From positions 160,001 through 224,000 of the forward strand of contig CAVXZB010000024.1 of NCBI GenBank assembly GCA_963765895.1: DNA of 64,000 bases. The letters run 5' to 3'. The position numbers were made by a program, and so were the translations under genes. Position 1 is the stretch's first letter. Every line of letters starts with the position of its first letter. Origin of the DNA: an uncultured Nitrososphaeraceae archaeon (lineage in GTDB: Archaea > Thermoproteota > Nitrososphaeria > Nitrososphaerales > Nitrososphaeraceae). This document shows, piece by piece, positions 59,127 through 64,000 of the stretch. The notes beneath the pieces are model-generated. The model was given only the letters and a program-made list of their open reading frames with translations. It had not been told where the DNA came from and did not search any database.

Positions 59127-59958
59127 ATGAATAAATTTATTATTTTATTTTTGATTGTTGGCTTGGCAGCTTGTATGGTTTCGGTGGGTGGTTTTAGTGT
59201 GAGTCTGGTCGAGGCTAAGGATTCAGATAGTGGCGGCGACGATAGTAGTGATTCAGGAACCAGTGATAATGGTGACAATGGCGGTAGCGACAGCGGTTCA
59301 AGCGATAATGGTGACAATGGCGGTAGCGACAGCGGAAGTAACGATAATAGTGATTCAGGTGGCAGTAGCACTAGCGGTGTAGATGATAGCGATAATGCTG
59401 TCACTGGTGATAATAGTGCTCCTACCGATGATACACCAGCCCCAACACAAGACGACACCCAAACGGCAAACAGTGACACGGCACAAGTTACGCCAATAGC
59501 ACCGGCAACGACAACGACAACAACGCCAACAGTGCCTCAAGAAGACGCTGCTAAACTTCCAGATTGCCATGGCAAGTCTAAAGACTGTGTGACAATGCGG
59601 CGATGTCTGTCTAAAAGGCTCACGTGCGCATGAATGCGAATGCGATGGTAAACATGACCCTAATTGTCAAAAGCACAGTCCTATATGTGATAGTATCCGG
59701 GGCTGTGAAGGTTTAGGAAACTTTTGCCATTCCCATAAGGATGCAGGTGTATGTAAGCCATTTAACCCGTCACACCCTGACCATGGTACTAAGGTCATAG
59801 TCATACACAAAACCAAGACAATTCATAAGAAAGACTTTACTAGTATACCAACCGTGTTCGTTCCAAATGTCGGTCTAGTTCAACCGTTGAATTGTAAATT
59901 AAATCAAGATAATGGAAAAATCGGATGCGAGTTCGTCGTAATAAAGGTGATTAACTAA
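59127..59958 (+). CDS. Secreted protein: acidic S/G/D repeats, T/P linker, Cys/His-rich domain; frameshift near 59596
   Basis: Signal peptide; after the shift GDVCLKGSRAHECECDGKHDPNCQKHSPICDSIRGCEGLGNFCHSHKDAGVCK...NCKLNQDNGKIGCEFVVIKVIN*. Confidence 0.7.
59265..59335. repeat. Intragenic 32-bp direct repeat with 39-bp period
   Basis: GATAATGGTGACAATGGCGGTAGCGACAGCGG at 59265 and 59304. Confidence 0.9.
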
Positions 59959-60006
59959 CCACATCTTTACTTTGCGAATTGACAACTCTTTTGTCTAAGG
60001 TCAGAT

Positions 60007-60216
60007 TTACCTTAAATACTGTCTTCCAACATCAATATCCGAAGGAGCCGTTTCAACGAATTTTCTGGCAAACTCTTTGCTATTCCACTCTTCAAATGGA
60101 TCAAGATACAACTTTCTTAATTGACTTAACGTGAGACAGAAAATCTGATTGAATGACTTGACCTCGACTTTTGTTTTTGGGTATATACAATCCAAGTCTA
60201 GAAATGATTCTCTCAT
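60007..60216 (-). CDS. Small hypothetical protein
   Basis: 69-aa ORF with TATA-like TTTAATA upstream. Confidence 0.4.
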   Translation of the reverse strand: MRESFLDLDCIYPKTKVEVKSFNQIFCLTLSQLRKLYLDPFEEWNSKEFARKFVETAPSDIDVGRQYLR

Positions 60217-60425
60217 CTTATAACAGATATGATATTGCGTGATGAGAGTATTAAAGAAGTAGTTTGTAATTAGTTAGCGCCATCTATCTTTCATCATTCT
60301 GGCTATGGTCGTTACTGATGGGTATTACTGTTCACACCTAGTAGTAATAAAATAGTCTTTGACACCAGCAACAAGTCGAAGTATATAAAACCTAGTACCA
60401 ATCATATTTGCATAGATAAAAAGAT

Positions 60426-60557
60426 ATGTTGTGTTTGGATATTTCTCCAATAATAGAAACCCGCTTCAGGGCGGTAATGGGCCGGCATCTAGGAAATAGA
60501 CGTGGTAACTTAACATTAGCGACGGAACAAGCAATTTGGTTATGGGGAGTATTGTGA
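60426..60557 (+). CDS. Small ribbon-helix-helix protein; absent from the ORF track
   Basis: MLCLDISPIIETRFRAVMGRHLGNRRGNLTLATEQAIWLWGVL*; pattern like archaeal RHH proteins; TATA (gtatataaaa) upstream. Confidence 0.5.
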   Translation: MLCLDISPIIETRFRAVMGRHLGNRRGNLTLATEQAIWLWGVL

Positions 60558-60862
60558 GCAATACCAGGTATAGTTCCATAAACACTCGATGGTAGAGAGC
60601 ACAGATGGATCTTTTGGGCATAGGATTCTTTCTAATACTGCTTTCCCTTGAGGTGTGATGGCGCGATGGTCTGGTGTAACTAAAGTCTCGCAAGGTTGTG
60701 ATATATAAGAACGAACGAGGGAGTTATTGCATATACCCCACCAATCTATGCCTTCATAATAGACTCCAGAAGGTTCTTTAGTGAATGAATCTGGTTTGGA
60801 TCAGGTTGTTGCATTGAAACTTCGGCTATGGACATTGACTTGTTCGCCTGATCAATAGAAGT

Positions 60863-61111
60863 TTAGTTTACATCATATCCATCATCTGGCGTCATGCCAT
60901 AACACTGTGCCTCAGTTAAATACTGTGGGCAAATCGTATAACCTTCGTCATCTTCCGCCTCTGATCGGTCTACACCAAAAAATGGTATTCTTATTTGCTC
61001 TATAGTAGGCCCTTGATTGTTTGTCGATCCAAAGTTATCACAAAGTGTAACGTTTGGATAGATCAGGCGTTGAATACAGGAATGGAATGATGCATTGACT
61101 AAATTTAACAT
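60863..61111 (-). CDS. Small hypothetical Cys-containing protein
   Basis: 82-aa ORF downstream of the hairpin array. Confidence 0.35.
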   Translation of the reverse strand: MLNLVNASFHSCIQRLIYPNVTLCDNFGSTNNQGPTIEQIRIPFFGVDRSEAEDDEGYTICPQYLTEAQCYGMTPDDGYDVN

Positions 61112-61221
61112 AAGAGAGCATTAACGTGTTGAAACCTCGCATACCCAAAACTTGAAGTGCCAAAGCTGAATAACTGAATATTAATAGATCGTCACCACAG
61201 CCTATGGAAGCAGATGCAGAA

Positions 61222-61515
61222 TTGAACGAAGTCCATCAAGTCCACTTGATTCGTTCATTTTAATAATACCATCACATCCAGTGGGCCCCGCGAGCAGACC
61301 TAATCCTCTGATAATCCACCCTATCTGTAGCGCACGAACAAGGTCAAGTTAATTTATGAATGACAACGGCAACTTATTTAACGTTTTTTTATCCTTAGGA
61401 ACACAAGGGAGCGCTGGTACCCCGTCGCTACTACACATATGAACATGGACTCAACTCCAATGGTATCGTCCGTAGTAGCCAGTTGAACGAAGTCGATAGG
61501 GTACCACACCCCGCC
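61222..61515 (-). ncRNA. Candidate structured RNA (three hairpins)
   Basis: Stems TGGTACCC/GGGTACCA, GCTACTAC/GTAGTAGC, TGAACGA/TCGTTCA, ATCAAG/CTTGAT; some extensions pair as G-U only on the minus strand. Confidence 0.4.
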
Positions 61516-62008
61516 ACTATATCTTTAAGTCATCAGTTAGTCATGACAGTCAGATTGGAGTGGCATATTAGAAATACGCAATCGAGTATATAGTATTGCT
61601 AATTGTTAGTTCTAGGTTAATTTTCTATATGTCGGATATGGTAGAATCAAATAGATATCAAAAATATCTAGTCCTACGTGTAGATTGACGTCCCTCGATG
61701 ATAAAATTTATGTATGCTGTCTGTGAATAGGCGCGCCAAATAATTCGTAATGAGCCTGAACCACAACACTATAAAACCAAACAAGTCCTTTCGATTTCAG
61801 GTTAGTCGTGCTCTGAGGCCATAGCGGGTAATGTAGGATTTGGTGCATCGTATCCATCATGAAATCGTTTGTCATATTCTCCGAACATATTCTTTGGAGC
61901 CATTCTTGGCAAGTCTTGCCCATGTACGAATATGTTTTTGTTATTATAAAACAATTTTGTAGAATATTAGAACATTTAATATGACTTTATCAATGTGGAG
62001 AATTCTTT

Positions 62009-62089
62009 ATGAGGTTAGACTTTTGTTAACATGGGTAGGCGCAAAACCTTGGGCCTTTTGCTGAAATGCAGAGGCTAAGCAAGGTTCAT
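62009..62089 (+). ncRNA. Candidate GEMM-I (c-di-GMP-I)-like structured RNA
   Basis: GGCGCAAAACCTTGGGCCT...AGGCTAAGCAAGGTT two-stem junction closed by ATGA/TCAT; TATA about 27 nt upstream. Confidence 0.35.
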
Positions 62090-62885
62090 GTGCAGTTTGC
62101 TATTGATGGATGATTTCAATGGTGAGTTATAAGTGACTGATAAAGAAAATGAGAAAATCATGCCTCCATTAAAGATAATGAAAAAGAATGAGGTAATGAA
62201 TGATTTGCTTAAACTACTTGATCTGGTTCAGAAACATGCTGATAAAGAAGGGTGTGAACATTGTCTTGACATACTGGAATCTGTCTTTACGTAGTGAAAA
62301 AGCTCAGTAGATAAAACGCCCCAATTCTTAGATTTTATAGGTAGTCGTGCCTAAGCCTGACACGCACTCAAACCATCGATTCAACTACGATACGATAGAA
62401 TCCATCTTTGAAATATTCAGTATGTTTCTATGCATGTACGCTTGCGTTGCCTGCCCGGCTATCCTAACTCTAATACTAATGCCAATATTGTTGCCATCAG
62501 GACTATTGCCATTACGATAATTGTTCTGGTCTTAATCTATTATATGCATAATAGATGCATAATATTGAATATTCTACTCATTCATTCTAAATGAAGGCGC
62601 TAATAATGATATCTATAGTTAGTATCAGCTACTTAGATGCGAATCAATATACCACAGTACAGTCTGGTTTAGCATCTCTGGTAGTCAGGTATAAAAGATA
62701 ACAATAGCATGAAAATATCAATAACCTATTGAAGTAGTGGAATGCTGTAACGTTCATTAGGGTTCTATGAGCTCATCACGGACGTTGCCTGTAAAACTCT
62801 ATTGTAAGTTCTCTTACTCTAGATTATGGCTTCTGTTTCAAGACCTCTTCTATGACCGGTTCTAGATATTCACTACTGGTAGCAA

Positions 62886-63027
62886 ATTGACAAACAGAAA
62901 ACTAAGCGATGATAAGTTGCAAAAGGTCATTGATTTGTATAAGCAAGGTAACCTATAAGGCAGATATTTAACGAGACTGGTATTGCTCGTACTACAATAT
63001 TGAGACAAATCCACCTTCATAGTTAGT
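62886..63027 (+). pseudogene. Small HTH (resolvase/Hin-like) protein, frameshifted
   Basis: RKLSDDKLQKVIDLYKQG / PIRQIFNETGIARTTILRQI. Confidence 0.5.
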
Positions 63028-63149
63028 TTAGTCTATTGGAATAATTCAATGTGGATTGTCGAGCCACTTGACCTCCCATTTTCACAAGGTCATATGAGAC
63101 GATAGCAGGTTTTTATAGACAGGTAGTCTGGAATTTCTTAGTGTATCCT

Positions 63150-63395
63150 CTAGACATTACAAGCACTATTTACACCTGTCACACAAATCCCCATTTGTGT
63201 ACCGCCAGTCGGCCTACCACCCATATCGTCATTAGATGTATGTGCATTTATCATTATTGTCGGTACAGATAATGAAAGTAGGCTTATTCCAATGACTAAA
63301 ACTAAAAACACAAACATGGCATTCAATGATAAAATCGTAGCAAAAACTGCAATTGCACACTTTGGTTTTGTATATTCGTTTTTATTCGTTTTCAT
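63150..63395 (-). CDS. Small membrane/secreted protein with C-terminal Cys pair
   Basis: Long hydrophobic segment, then MGICVTGVNSACNV. Confidence 0.55.
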   Translation of the reverse strand: MKTNKNEYTKPKCAIAVFATILSLNAMFVFLVLVIGISLLSLSVPTIMINAHTSNDDMGGRPTGGTQMGICVTGVNSACNV

Positions 63396-63627
63396 TCCTA
63401 ATTCTTGCTCTCATAAATGCATTTCAGCATAAGAATACTTAAGTAGTATGAGTTTTTTGCAACTAAATATTGATTTTTTATGTATATTTAGGTAATTTAA
63501 CATAATAGTTACAAGGTAAGCAAGTAATTGCGTCGCAACTAAATTATATATAAAATAATACATAATAAATTGGTTTGAAGTTATTTATTTAACCATGCTA
63601 TACCAAATTTGATGTGCTATAACTAAC

Positions 63628-64000
63628 TTAATAGAAGAAAAAGAGATAAACCATCATCATCAGCATCAAAGTAAAAGTATCACCTTTAATTAGACAATAT
63701 TATTTTAGATAAACTGCATCGTGAAGCAGAACAAAAGGATACCAGTGTCAATACATTAGTAAGTCATATAATGAGAATGCACGTTGATTGGTATTCTAAT
63801 GCAGCAAAAGCTGGATTTGTAAGTGTAAGGAGAGGATTGCTAAGTAACCTCATAAATAGACTTCCAGAGAAAGAGATATCTTCCATTGCAGAAAATATAG
63901 CAAAGAATGAAACCAAAGACTTTGTATCCTTCTAAGAAATGAATACAATATTGAATCGAGCTTTAGATGTGATTGAAACTTGGATCAAAATTTCAGGTCA
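63628..64000 (+). CDS. RHH-domain regulatory protein, frameshifted and truncated by the window end
   Basis: SKSITF-LDNIILDKLHREAEQKDTSVNTLVSHIM...AAKAGFVSV...ALDVIETWIKISG. Confidence 0.6.

Larger units (their letters stand above)
50050..63400. mobile_element. Integrated plasmid-like element: integrase + RHH + primase-helicase core (about 50.1-56.7 kb) with decayed cargo; boundaries uncertain
   Basis: Gene content, low coding density and many fragments after 56 kb; no att repeat identified. Confidence 0.65.

Noticed and set aside
59006-59479. 157-aa Leu/Ser/Pro-rich minus-strand ORF
   Set aside because: Antisense shadow of the repeat-rich secreted protein
62009-62100. Twister, HDV-like or hammerhead ribozyme
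   Set aside because: Stem order and conserved cores do not fit any of these classes

Overview
Chromosomal segment of an ammonia-oxidising archaeon (Nitrososphaerota, most likely family Nitrososphaeraceae, judged from AmoA/AmoX/AmoB and the housekeeping proteins). 1-48 kb is mostly core genome: pdxST, 2-oxoacid:ferredoxin oxidoreductase, amoA-amoX/amoB with probable amoZ-amoY across a serS-pcc1-DHH-rps15 block, a stand-alone nurA-herA pair, tiaS, mcm-gins/rfcS, P-II, tyrS and three tRNAs (one with two introns). It also has glycosyltransferases, a DtxR/MntR regulator, a GH130 enzyme and a decayed IS5. From about 50 kb the window is an integrated element (tyrosine integrase, RHH protein, primase-SF3 helicase) followed by decayed cargo. 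Scattered single-base frameshifts in essential genes (amoA, pdxT, glnB) point to uncorrected sequencing errors rather than real pseudogenes. The most unusual items are a secreted peptide that is essentially 28 His next to a metal regulator, an unannotated 9-Cys peptide ending in GGG upstream of OFOR, a GEMM-I-riboswitch-like RNA and a G-U-rich hairpin array in the mobile region, and a possible stand-alone eRF1-domain-1-like protein coupled to the element primase. All family assignments are by eye; no searches were run.
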